Source of the DNA: Octopus sinensis
Taxonomy: Eukaryota
Direction: 5' to 3'
Length of the DNA stretch: 64,000 bases
Assembly: GCF_006345805.1 (NCBI RefSeq)
Contig: NC_042997.1
Location: 56,296,001 to 56,360,000 of the forward strand
Below the pieces are notes generated by a model, which was given only the letters and a program-made list of their open reading frames with translations, did no database searches and was not told the origin of the DNA. Numbering within the stretch: position 1 is the first letter of the stretch; every line of letters begins with the position of its first letter. Position numbers and translations under genes: made by a program. Positions 25,470-36,870 of this stretch are shown piece after piece.

Positions 25470-25841
25470 GCTTTTGTCGGAAGGAATCTGTGAGAAAGGG
25501 GCAGAAGGTATGATCGAGAAATGGAGAGAGAACATGTGGAACCGACAAAGCAAATCAAAATTGTGTTTTGTGTACTGTTGTGTGTGTGAGTGCACCTCGT
25601 GGGTAGCAAAAAATAAGTGTGTGTGAGTACAAAGGAAAACAAAATACAGAAAAGGAAAAAAAAATGAATGTGTGTGTGTTTTCTTTTTTTTCTTTTTTTG
25701 TGTACTGAGTGCGATGAATAAGCTTGTTTGTACCCACCTCACCGTACTGAAAGAAAAAAAATATGAAAAAATGAATGTTCAGCGCTCTATCTGGCAAAAA
25801 CCTGTTCGCTGCGTCTTCTGTTCCGTTCTTTTTTTCAACTT

Positions 25842-25851
25842 GGGGTCACCA
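25842..25851 (-). promoter_or_regulatory. Primer binding site, tRNA-Trp
   Basis: TGGTGACCCC lies 2 nt after the 5' LTR and is complementary to the 3' end of metazoan tRNA-Trp (…GGGGUCACCA). Confidence 0.85.
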
Positions 25852-25853
25852 AT

Positions 25854-26268
25854 TGTAACGAAGATCTGTTATCGATTCACTGAAAGGGTGTCGATATCCG
25901 ATCTAGTCACATACAATTTTATAAGACAATACAGACGAAGTCAGGTTGTAGGTAAAAGACAGCAGTTCGTTTATTTATTGCGATGGCGTACGTGTCTGAT
26001 GGGAGAAGGACAGCCTCTGATGTACAGCTTCTTGTTAGTTTGTTGAAGTTTGTTGATGGTCGTTGGCGGCTATGTCAGTGAGGTTGTTAGAGCCTGTTGA
26101 ATGTACGTCCGTTCGCTCTGGGCTGACTTGCCGGAGAGAAAGATTTGAGTTTGGCGGACCTGAGGGAACGTTTCCCGCACATGCGCATGGGGAAGACTTC
26201 CGGTGGCCACCCGGAAGTAGTCCCATTCTGCGCATGCGCGCTGAACCCTACACAGTAGCATCACTACA
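25854..26268 (-). repeat. 5' LTR
   Basis: Starts TGTAGTGATG and ends CGTTACA on the element strand, followed by the PBS. Confidence 0.95.
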
Positions 26269-28475
26269 CACTGATGTTGGCCATTCTCTGTGACTTATAC
26301 TCCTATGATAAAGTAACCTGTTGCACCCCTATTTACATAAATGCATGCCATGAATTATTAATTTCTGACAATAAGTATTACCAACTTAGTCAAAGGAGTC
26401 ACCTGACACAATTCAACAAAACTTCTAATACAAACCACTGGATATGACTTGTCGGCAACCTGTATTTCTATATACTTAATCCCAAAATGTTTGTCATTGT
26501 TGAAGACAATATAGAGTGTACAATGTCCATGTATGTAATAGATATTTATAGGCACATATGGAATTTCCAATATTTAGCATGAATACTAATAGTTGCTCTG
26601 AAGTCCACTTTCTCATGCTTGCATGAGTCAGGCAGAGTTCATTGTAGTTGATTTTCTACAGCTGAATGTCCTATTTCTCTGTTATCAACTCTCACCTGTT
26701 TCCAAGCAAGGTAATAATTCTTCATAGATTGACATGTTTTCATGAAAGATTGGAAATGACTGACACACCGGTATGATTGTGACACTTGTTTCCAATTATT
26801 GCCTGATGTCAAGACAATGAGACTCAAACTCATATTCACATCTACCCACACACTCCTACACACATGCATATAAAAAAGACAGGCTTCTTTTATTTCCCAT
26901 CCACTAAATCCATTCATAAGGCTTTGGTTGGTCCAGTGCTACTGCCGAAGACTCTTACCCTAGTTTCCATGAAGTGGGATTAAACTCAAAACAATATGGT
27001 TTGTCTTGTTTCTCCACGTTCTCCTTTTTGGCTTGGCTAGACTTTCTATTTTCAAATGGCCTCAATTTACTTAGCTTTCAAAAATTATTCACAAGGTTTT
27101 GTATAAAAAGGACAGATTATCTATCGTTAAGTATTACTGACCTCACTATATCAAGTAGCTGACTTGACTCACAGTCCTAGTGTATATCATAGACAGTTAT
27201 TTCATATAATTATTAAAAGAGATCAATTCATTAGTAATACTAAACAAGTATAATTTAAATAACCTAGCATTGTATTTTAACTTTAACCAAGACACTTAAC
27301 TCTCAATGGCAAATCCAGTTAAGTGTAAGTAGATACCATGACCTATTTATTGTCAACTCTAACAATGCTCACCCTTCCTCAATGATGTCCTCTTCATTCT
27401 TCTTTAAATTGCCCATTAGATAAATGCTCTAACATCATCCATATGCAACAAAGGCACCTTATACCAAACCAAAAACAGAGACATCTAAAACATTCTCCAA
27501 TAGAGATATGAAAGACATAATTATTATCATCATCATCGTTGTTATCTTCATCGTCATTTATCATCCATCTTCCGTGCTGGCATGGGTTGGATAGTTTGAC
27601 AGGAAATAGGCAAACTGAAGATCTGTACCAAGTTCCTCTGTCTGCTTTGGCATGGTTTCTATGGCTTGATGTCCTTCCTAATGCCAACCACTTTACAGAG
27701 TGTACTGGGTGCTTTTATGTGGCACCAGTACTGGTGCTTTTATCTGGCACCAACACCAGTGGGGTCACCAAGTAATTTGTGAGACAAAGACTTTTCACCG
27801 GGTAGAGGAAGGTGGCTTTGTGCCAGTTTAGAGTTTAAAATGTAATAGAGGGATAGAGATAGGTGTCTTATTATAGAGGAGATACTGGCCTACTCCAGTG
27901 GGAAAAGAAAGAAAAAGGAGAAACAGTTAGAGAGAACAAGGGAGAGAGAGAGAGTAAGAGAAAGATAGAGAAAGTGAGAAAGAAAAAGAGCAAGAAATAG
28001 ATAATGGGGCAGTGGCGGGGTGGATATAAGTGGTACAGAGGGGATAGAGGGGGAATGTTCTATAAAAGTATGAGGAGAAATGTTTAGAGATAGGGAAGAG
28101 ATGACTGTAGCAAGTGGTGGTGAGAGAGGCATGGAGAGTGTGTGGTTAGGTATGTGAGGGATAGTGGAGGGGGGCCTTCAGCATGTGATGATCATAGGTA
28201 GTGGGATGGGAGGTTTGGGAAGAGGGTCATGGGGTAGTTTTGAGAGAAGATAGATTATATGTATGTGGCACGTAAAAAGCACCATCCAAACGTGATCAAT
28301 GCCAGGGCTGCCTGACTGGCTCCCATGCCGGTGGCATGTAAAAACTGCAATCTGGACAAGGCTCGAAGCTTTGGGGGAGGGGACTAGTCAATTACATTGA
28401 CCCCAGAATTTCACTGGTACTTAACTTATCGACCCCGAAAGGATGAAGGGCAAAGTCGACCTCGGCAGAATTTGA

Positions 28476-29165
28476 GAGGCAAGACTTTTGCCCTTCCCCC
28501 GCCAAAAACCACCCTTTTAAAAAAAAAATTTTTTTCCACACAAACCTCCCTTTCGGCTACAGGGAATATGAATCTGCAAAATAATTGGCAAAAATCAACA
28601 TTTCTAAATTACTTCCCCCCCTCCCCCCATTTCCTTCATTTTTAACTTTTTTCACAATTTTTTTTTAAATATCCGGAAAAATATTATGAATCTGAAAAAT
28701 ATTATGAATCTGAAAAAAAATTTCCAAAAATCTTTGTAAAATTTTTTTTAAGAATTTTTTTTTATAAATATGCAGAAAACATTTTTCTACTTACGGTTAC
28801 GGTTTTAGGGTTAGGGCTAGGGTTTTAGGGTTAAGTTTAGGGTTTTAGGGTTAGGGTTAGGGTTTTAGGGTTACGGTAAGGGTTTTAGGGTTAGGTAAGG
28901 GTTAGGGTTTTAGGGTCAGAGTTAGGATTTTAGGGTTTTAGGGTTAGGGTTAGCGTTTTAGGGTTAGGGTTAGGGTTTTAGGGTTAGTGTTGGGAAAAAG
29001 TCAAAATTGAAGAAGTTGGTGGGGGAAAGGGTGAATTTTCACAATGCCCATTTTTGGCAATTTTCCGGAACCTCCGTATCCAAAAACAGGGATTTTTGCT
29101 AAAAAAAAATTACAAAAATAAACAAATTTGGGAGAAAATGGGTGGGGACGGACGGAAGTCTTTCC
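28476..29165. mobile_element. TIR MITE (Merlin-like termini) carrying a telomeric-repeat array, inserted in a Meta-SINE
   Basis: GAATTTGA is duplicated at 28468-28475 and 29166-29173. Imperfect TIRs GGCAAGACTT / AAGTCTTTCC. The SINE sequence resumes across the insertion. Confidence 0.6.
28790..28990 (+). repeat. Interstitial (TTAGGG)n/(TTTTAGGG)n array
   Basis: Read directly from the sequence as mixed TTAGGG and TTTTAGGG units. Confidence 0.9.
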
Positions 29166-32100
29166 GAATTTGAACTCAGAACGTAGCGAAATACCTATTT
29201 CTTTACTACCCACAGAGAGGACAAACGGATTAAGTCGATTATATCGACCCCAGTGCGTAACCGATACTTATTTAATCGACCCCGAAAGGATGAAAGGCAA
29301 AGTCGACCTCGGCGGAATTTGAACTCAGAACGTAACGGCAGACGAAATACGGCTACGCATTTCGCTCGGCGTTCTAACGTTTCTGCCAGCTCGTCGCCTT
29401 GGGTAAGACAACTTCATACTATTTTCACAGGACAAAACTCGCTTAAGAATTGCTTCCCTTTAATTAACTTTACTATTCACCGAGTGCACGCCACGTGGTT
29501 GACATCAACACTTACAAGGTATTTTATTTTATTTTACATGATGTTTTCATCAGTATTTCGCTCTTGTTAGAATAACTGAATTTATATACATTGAATCAGA
29601 ATTGTTTCTTTAGAGTACACAAGTATTTTTGATCATATACTGTGCGTATATACACATTTAATTTTGATTTGACTTTTCTTGAATTAGCTTTTCTTATACG
29701 AGTCAATGGATACTAAGATTTGTTAATTCACATCCATCAGCTTTATTTTTATTTTTAAATTTCATTTTTTTACATCCTAAAGCAAGACTTAATTGAAACC
29801 GTAATTTACTCTTCTCAGCTAAAATTACGGCTTACCTACGCAAGTGTCCGTTCCCCTTTGGTTTCCCATAACTTACAGAAACGTGGATTTTTTTTTTTGA
29901 TTTACAGATTGAAACCTCTTAAATAACACAGATCTTATTCCATGAAACTTCCTGATAGCCACAACGCCCTGTCGTACTAGGCTCTCGGTTAAAATTGACT
30001 TTTGCTTCATTCTTCAATCATTGGTGTAGATTACCTTCCTTCGGTCAAATTTGTCGATTTAGGCTTATATATTTAAAAAAAAGTTATCTTGTGATCCATA
30101 GCAAGCGGGCCCCATAACAGAATGCCAACATTTTTCTTTTAAGTTTCTGTTTATAATACGTATACTGATATCTACTTAGTTTTTGTGTGGGTCTCTTCCA
30201 TAATCACTGCCAGGGTATGAAAAACAATCGTGACACGGAGAAAATGAAACTACGAAAGATTAACAGAAAAAAAAAATAATACTTAAAACTTGTATATTTA
30301 TTTCATTCAATTGAAAGTATTATTTGTATATTCAGTTTAAAGGATCTCAATTAGACATAAGGTTACATAAACTAATTATAATACACCTCATGTATGACCA
30401 GATGTATCGTTCTGTACGCCGAATATATATATATATATCCTCGGAAAAAGTCTTTCCTATAATCCCTTTATACTCTGAATCCTCAGCATTTAAGCGGTAT
30501 TTGAAAATTTCGTTAAACCGTATCCATTTTCCTGGAAGTTATGAGGCAACGACTTGGGGTAAATATTAAGATCTTCACCCGTCAACAAAAACAAAAAAAT
30601 TCTGCTGGGTGTTAACAACTGTGTAAAAGACGAATATGATAAAACAAAATTGCGCTGGGGAAAGGTCTTTCGGAAAATTCACAAGATTTTTCCGTCATAA
30701 CTTTCGGGAAAATGGATGGAGCTCCTTTAGAAACGCACCTCTCCAAGAAAATGAAATGCAATTTTTAAAAAAAAGTTATGAAAATGGAAACTATATACAA
30801 AATAAATTATGTATGCAAAAAATTAGAAAGATTCATCCATTTTTTAATATTTTATACTAAAAAGTAAAACAAACGGGAAACGGGCACTTGCGAATATAAA
30901 CAAACATGCCGGACGATACAAGAGGAGCTAAATATATACCCATTTCCACATGATGTCTTTGATATCACTAAAACACAGACTTGCACTAGATTGAATATTA
31001 ACTTTGAACAGATGATGAGGCATCTTTAATATTTGAGGTGTACTATGTTCTAGAGAAGCTGAAGTGTACTATGTTCTAGAGAAGCTGAAGTCAGTGTGAC
31101 TGCTGACAGTTTTATATTATATTGGTGATAGTTGAAATTAACAATGCCTAAGCACCAAATTATAGAGATTTTTAAAATAGTGTTACGTAAATGAGTGACA
31201 AACTTTTTTCTCAGTAGTATGCTAGTTTACCCAGATAGTACAAAGACAAAAAGAAACATATATAACTGATTTATATAACCATTTTATAGACTATAGATAT
31301 TGATGCTATTCTCATACTGTAATTGAGTAATTAGCTGTAAAGAAAGTCATTTAGCAGTAAGATTTTTAGAAACAGTTTTCCATCTGTTCTCTTTTCTCAG
31401 TATCATTTAATATCCTCTTCCATTTCCTCCTAGATGTGTTCCTGTTTATCTTTTGATGATTTTTCAATATTTCATACTGGAACAATTGAAAGCATAGAAT
31501 AATTTTTGATAAATTATTAGAAATCACACCTTAATGTGTCAGAAGATCTGTTCCAGGTTTATTGGACAGTCACTCCAGATAATTTCATATTTAACTTCTC
31601 AGTTCTCTCCACCATCCTGCACCCTAGTATAGAGTTATCATTTCCCTTCTACCTGGCCATTATGTAGCTAATACAACAATGATCTTTTCATAAGTTAAGT
31701 TGCTGCAAATCCAATAAGCAATCTTGGGCCAGCTAGTTGCCAGTCTTAAACAATATGTGTAAAACATATGTGAAGCGTATTCCCCAGAAAAGTGCATATA
31801 TGCCTACAATAAAAGCATGGGTACTTTGTATAAATTTTGGTTTAGTGAAACTGTATTCATTGTGTCTATCGGAAAAAATAATGTTGGGATAAGGAAAGAA
31901 ATTCAATTATAGATTTTCTGCTTCTCATTGTTCATATTGATTACTATTGTTCCTCAAAACATGTTAGTACTTGAAACATCTTAAAGGGATCTCTGTAAAT
32001 TTCATCGGTCCGTATAATAGCTGAATTAATATTTAGACTGAGCAACAATTCTTATCTTTATCCAAGATAAAGATGGGGCGGCAAGCTGGCAGAAAGCATT

Positions 32101-33066
32101 ACCATGGCAGGCAAAATGCTTAGCGGTATATCATCTGTCTTTATGTTCTGAGTTCAAATTCTGCCGAGGTTGACTTTACCTTTCATCCTTTCGGGGTCAA
32201 CTTAAGTACCAGTTGTGTACTGGGGTCGATCTAATCAACTGGCCCCCTTCTCCAAAAATTTTGGGCCTTGTGCCTAGAGTAGAAAAGAATATTTAGACTG
32301 AACAATATTTCTTATCGTCATCTAAATAAATCTTTAGTCCAGAAAGCCTGCTTATTTTCTTATGTCACTATTATATCAGCTAAAATGCAAAAATATTTTA
32401 TTGCCAAAATTAGTGATTTCAAATTTTGCTAACTGACACTGATTAGAACTCTCTGCAGCATCTGTTTCTGAAACACATCTCCATTCCAAAGCTTTGGATC
32501 AAACATGAACAGTCCACCCATCTTGGGGATTTCATTTTTGTGTTCATGTCATCTTAGCTAACCTTTTCAAAAAAGCCTCTTAGGTATATGACCTTAGATT
32601 TTAATTTTTGGAAAACAGGTTAAAATCATCACCATCATTATCATGCCTTCTTAAGTGGTTGGAATTTTCTGAAACGATTTTCTGTGGTTGATGCCCTTTG
32701 TCTTGCCAACCTTCACTTGTTTACATGCAAGGTATTATTTTTTCCTCATGGTTGGACATGTTTTCACAGAAGATTGGAGGCAGATGACACCACTTGTATG
32801 ACATCAATACATGTTTACAACTATTGCATAATCAGAGCAAGAAGACATACATATATAATGGGCTTCACCTTGTTTGAATTTTATCAGTGTTTGCATGCAG
32901 ACATTTACAGACCGTAACATTTTTGAAGATCATGAAATTGGTCTTGATTTGTTTTTCCATCTTAATTTGGATTCTTAGTTTCTTAGGTCCCTTACAATGT
33001 AAAATATATTACATAAATTCTAGTTTTATTTTTCCATTTGACTAACTACATTTTCATTCTTTCCAG

Positions 33067-33208
33067 ATGGCCAAAAGTGTTAAGAGTAAACAAAAGGTAA
33101 AGATACGGAATGAAAAACGGAAACGCTACTATGTTCGAGAATTAAACAATTTGAAGAAATTGGTTGAAGAACGAGAGGCTCGCAGGACTGTTGGAGATAT
33201 TGTCAATT
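33067..33208 (+). CDS. LLPH: Protein LLP homolog, coding exon 1
   Basis: MAKSVKSKQKVKIRNEKRKRYYVRELNNLKKLVEER matches the LLP/LAPS18 N-terminus (MAKSLRSKWKRKMRAEKRKK). Acceptor ttccag directly precedes the ATG; phase-1 donor GTAAAT at 33209. Confidence 0.88.
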
Positions 33209-33439
33209 GTAAATATGCCATTTTTACGATGATATGATGTTGATTAGTGTTATGTAGATTTGAAATTAGTTTCAAGTATTCGATGGGTATTTATACATTC
33301 CTTTTTTCAAAATTTGTTTAAATCCATTTCACAAAGTTAACTAAAAGATTTCGCTATGCTTTATGGGAGCCAATGAGTTCTGGGTAAATTTTCCTGATGC
33401 TGTTGGTCATCCTGAATTTGGTATGAGGTGTCTGGGTGT

Positions 33440-34237
33440 CTGTTAAACCCTGCTGAAACTACTTCTGGTTTTGAGACGAAACCTCTGAGTCATTACACCA
33501 GCATCTATAACATACACACACTGGTTCACCTACACTTCTAAAACACTGTCCATTCGCAGGATCCTTAATCTTCCAGACCCTTCTTCTCCGTGCTGGCCGT
33601 CTTCTCTGGCATCCATTTAGCCCTGATCCTAAAGTTGCTAACTACTAATCTATGTTGTGGGGTGCATTCTTCACCTGGGAAGGTTTTGGCATTTATGTAA
33701 TCAATTTGACTAGTGTGTCCACCAGATTGGTAGGTGACTAGGTGGCTGGCAGGTTTCCTAAAGTTAATATTACAAACCATAAGATCATGTGCATTGCAGA
33801 ACTCCAGCAGCCTAGTCCCCTCCTCGTTGTGGGAACCAAAACCATAGCCTCCATGTTTCGTCTCAAAACCAGAAGTCCAACATGCCCATTGAAGTTGCTA
33901 GCTACAAAGAGAAGGTCCTTGTCATTTGTTGATGAGGTAGTCTGCAAGAGAGTGTCATAAAATCAGTCTTTCTGTTCATCAGGTAGCTCCAGCTGAGGGG
34001 CATAGGCCAAGGTAATGGTTGCTAAACCATGTTGCAGCACTAATCTAACCTTAAGTATTCTGTCACAGATTCTGACTACCTTGATTATGTTATCAACCCA
34101 TTTCTCCACAAGAATTATACCCACGTCCCTGACTCCGTCAGTGTTCCCTGCCCAGAAAATCTTATACCTATGTTCTTTGCCTGTGAGGAACCTGGCAGAA
34201 CTTCCTCTCCACCTTACTTCTTGGATGCAGTCTCGAT
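33440..34237 (-). pseudogene. RTE LINE AP-endonuclease fragment in LLPH intron
   Basis: CIQEVRWRGSSARFLTG..GVGII..RILKVRLV..AYAPQ..DFNGHVG-like..SQIDYI..PGEEC.PQHRLVVSNF. Confidence 0.8.
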
Positions 34238-34241
34238 TTAA

Positions 34242-34458
34242 CCCTTTAGTGTTCAAATTACTCTGCCAAGTGTAAAGCTTATTTATTCATATCATTTTGA
34301 ATTAATCATGTATTGTCTCATACCTTTGAGATTTCAACGATATTGTCTGTTTTTAGGAAGACATTGTAGGGTAGGTGTGAGAGGCTAGACCTGGCTACCT
34401 TGAACTTAAAACAAAAAGCATATTTGGCTCGGATATGGCTGGTTTAAATGCTAAAGTG
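34242..34458. mobile_element. piggyBac-type MITE
   Basis: TTAA|CCCTTTAG...CTAAAGTG|TTAA. A homologous copy lies at 58855-59074. Confidence 0.7.
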
Positions 34459-34668
34459 TTAAATTTCTGATAATTAAATACAGTATTTTTGTAAGAACAT
34501 TTTTATGTTTGAAGCACTAACTTAATAAAGACAAAGTTAGATATTTTACTAAATCTCTCCAGATTTTTGTTTTTGTATAAAATTTAAGGTTTGTTCTTTT
34601 TTTTTCTTTTAAATCAAAATTACCTTAATTATGCATGGGTTTAATTTTTAATCAACTTCTATTCCTAG

Positions 34669-34743
34669 GGAACAACACTCCAGAAGTTTTGGCAAAGCTA
34701 GATGGAAAACTAGAAACTGATGACAAAAAACTAAAAAAACCTT
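34669..34743 (+). CDS. LLPH: Protein LLP homolog, coding exon 2
   Basis: cctag|GG...CCT T|gtatgt. A 75-nt phase 1-1 exon (WNNTPEVLAKLDGKLETDDKKLKKP) that keeps the frame and brings the protein to 128 aa, the typical family length. Confidence 0.7.
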
Positions 34744-35859
34744 GTATGTAACTGAATTTTTTGATTTTCATTCTGAATGCTAGTAGCTACATATTCTTCC
34801 TTGGAGAATTACATAATGATATTTGTTTATTTCCCATTGTATCATGTGTTGTATGTATGCATGCATGTATGTATATATGTGTGTGTTTGTGTATATGTAT
34901 ATATGTTTTATATATATATATATATATTAAAAGTCAGGGTATAATATGCACCTGTTTGCTAGAAAGAAGAGTTAAAATTCTCCAAAGACACACATCTCTC
35001 ACTATATGTAAACATGCATGGAGAATGTTGCAGATATACTCTTTTACTTGTTTCAGTTATTTGACTGTGGCCATGCTGGAGCACCGCCTTTAGTCGAGCA
35101 AATCGACCCTGGGACTTATTCTTTGTAAGCCCAGTACTTATTCTATCGGTCTCTTTTGCCGAACCGCTAAGTGACAGGGATGTAAACACACCAGCATCGG
35201 TTGTCAAGCAATGCTAGGGGGACAAACACAGACACACAAACACACACACACATATATATATATATACATATATACGACAGGCTTCTTTCAGTTTCCGTCT
35301 ACCAAATCCACTCACAAGGCATTGGTCGGCCCGGGGCTATAGCAGAAGACACTTGCCCAAGATGCCACGCAGTGGGACTGAACCCAGAACCATGTGGTTG
35401 GTTAGCAAGCTACTTACCACACAGCCACTCCTGTGCCTATAGCCACTCCTGCACCTATAAGCCACTCCTGCGCCTATTGTCCCATTTGTAAAACTAGAAA
35501 GAGGAGAGTAGATATGCCAGTATCAATTGATTTCGCTTTCTTTGCCAAAGGCACTTAAAGCTCATCAGCTAGGCTTACTATGTAAGCTATTTTAAAAAAT
35601 ATATTTACTATTCTGTGTGCATCTGTTCAGCTGAAGGCCTTGCAACTTCCAAACAAACATTAGCGAGCAAGTATAAATTCAACATATTTTGCCAATTTGG
35701 TTATGTTTGCTGGCCACTTTATCATTATTTTTTTAAAAGATAATGATAACCTATTTGAATTATACCAGGTCAATAAGAATGAAATGCCCGATTTTGAACT
35801 GAAAGTTTATTTTTCTTTATCTCAACAAAAAGCAATGCAGTTAATCAAAGTATGCACCT

Positions 35860-36870
35860 AAATTATCAACATAATTTTGCTATTTTATCGGTAGCTTATT
35901 CATGCCAGCAGCAAAAAATTCTGGAGAGCAAGAGGTGGTGAAATCATGAAAGGCTGTTTTTGCATCTTCTTCAGATTTGAAGTTTTTTCCTTGCAAAAAG
36001 TTGTCTAATACCTGGAAAACATGATAGTCAGTTGGTGCAAGGTCTGGTGAATATGGTGGATGACAGTATTTCCATGTTCAGTTCCTGTAACTTGAGTAAC
36101 ATTCTTTGCGTGATATATGGTTGAGCATTGTCTTGCAAGAGAATTTGTCTCTATTGACTAATCTTGGTTGTTTAATTGCAAGTTTACTCATCATTTCATC
36201 CAATTGGTCGATACATACATCTGCTGTAATTGACTTACCAGGTCTCATGAAGCTGTAGTGGATGACACCAGCACTGGACAACCAAACAGACACCATTAGC
36301 TTTTTTTGGTGAATATTCTTTTTTGCATTGTGTGTTGTCACTTTGTTTTTTATCCAACCACCAGCAGAATGCTTGCTATTGTTGAAAAGAATCTATTTTG
36401 CATCACATGTAACTATACAATGCAAAAACGGTTTGCTTTTATACTGTGACAGCAAAGAACAGCAAGTTTCAAGACATGTCATTTGATGCTTGTTCAGTTC
36501 GTGTGGTATCCACTTGTCCAGCTTCTTTGCCTTGCTGATTTGTTTCAGATGGTCCAATACAGTTGGAATCAAAACATAAAACCTTGCTGCTAACTCATGC
36601 ATAGTTTGAGATGTACCCACTTCCACTACAGTTTCCAGCTCATCATTATCTACCTTTGTCTTAGGTCTATCACGGGGGTGATTTTCAAGAGTAAAGTCAC
36701 CAGACTGGAACTTCTCAACCCATCAACATACAGTGCACTCATTCATTCTCCACATCTTCACCAAACACCTCATTGATGTTTCGAGCCGTCTGGGATGCAT
36801 TGGTTCCATGACGGAGCTCATATTCATAAACAACACAAATTTTTAATCTATCCATGGGTTCACAAATTTT
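35860..36870 (-). pseudogene. mariner (DD34D) transposase pseudogene in LLPH intron
   Basis: KKLDKWIPHEL, IVTCD, KKLMVSVW..GVIHY, PPYSPDLAPTDYHVF. Contains frameshifts and stops. Confidence 0.85.

Larger units (their letters stand above)
20960..26268 (-). mobile_element. Full-length Ty3/Gypsy LTR retrotransposon, CsRn1/Kabuki/Boudicca-like clade
   Basis: Two 415-bp LTRs (TG...CA), 4-bp TSD CACT (20956-20959 and 26269-26272), tRNA-Trp PBS, PPT, gag with C-X2-H-X9-C-X3-C, and pol order PR-RT-RH-IN. Confidence 0.97.

Noticed and set aside
24732-25742. 336-aa ORF taken as full-length Gag
   Set aside because: The N-terminal ~90 aa derive from low-complexity 5' UTR (poly-T/A and CA runs). Gag-like sequence starts near 25469-25535.
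28790-28990. True chromosome end or telomere
   Set aside because: The array is short, internal and bounded by TIRs and a TSD, with ordinary sequence on both sides.
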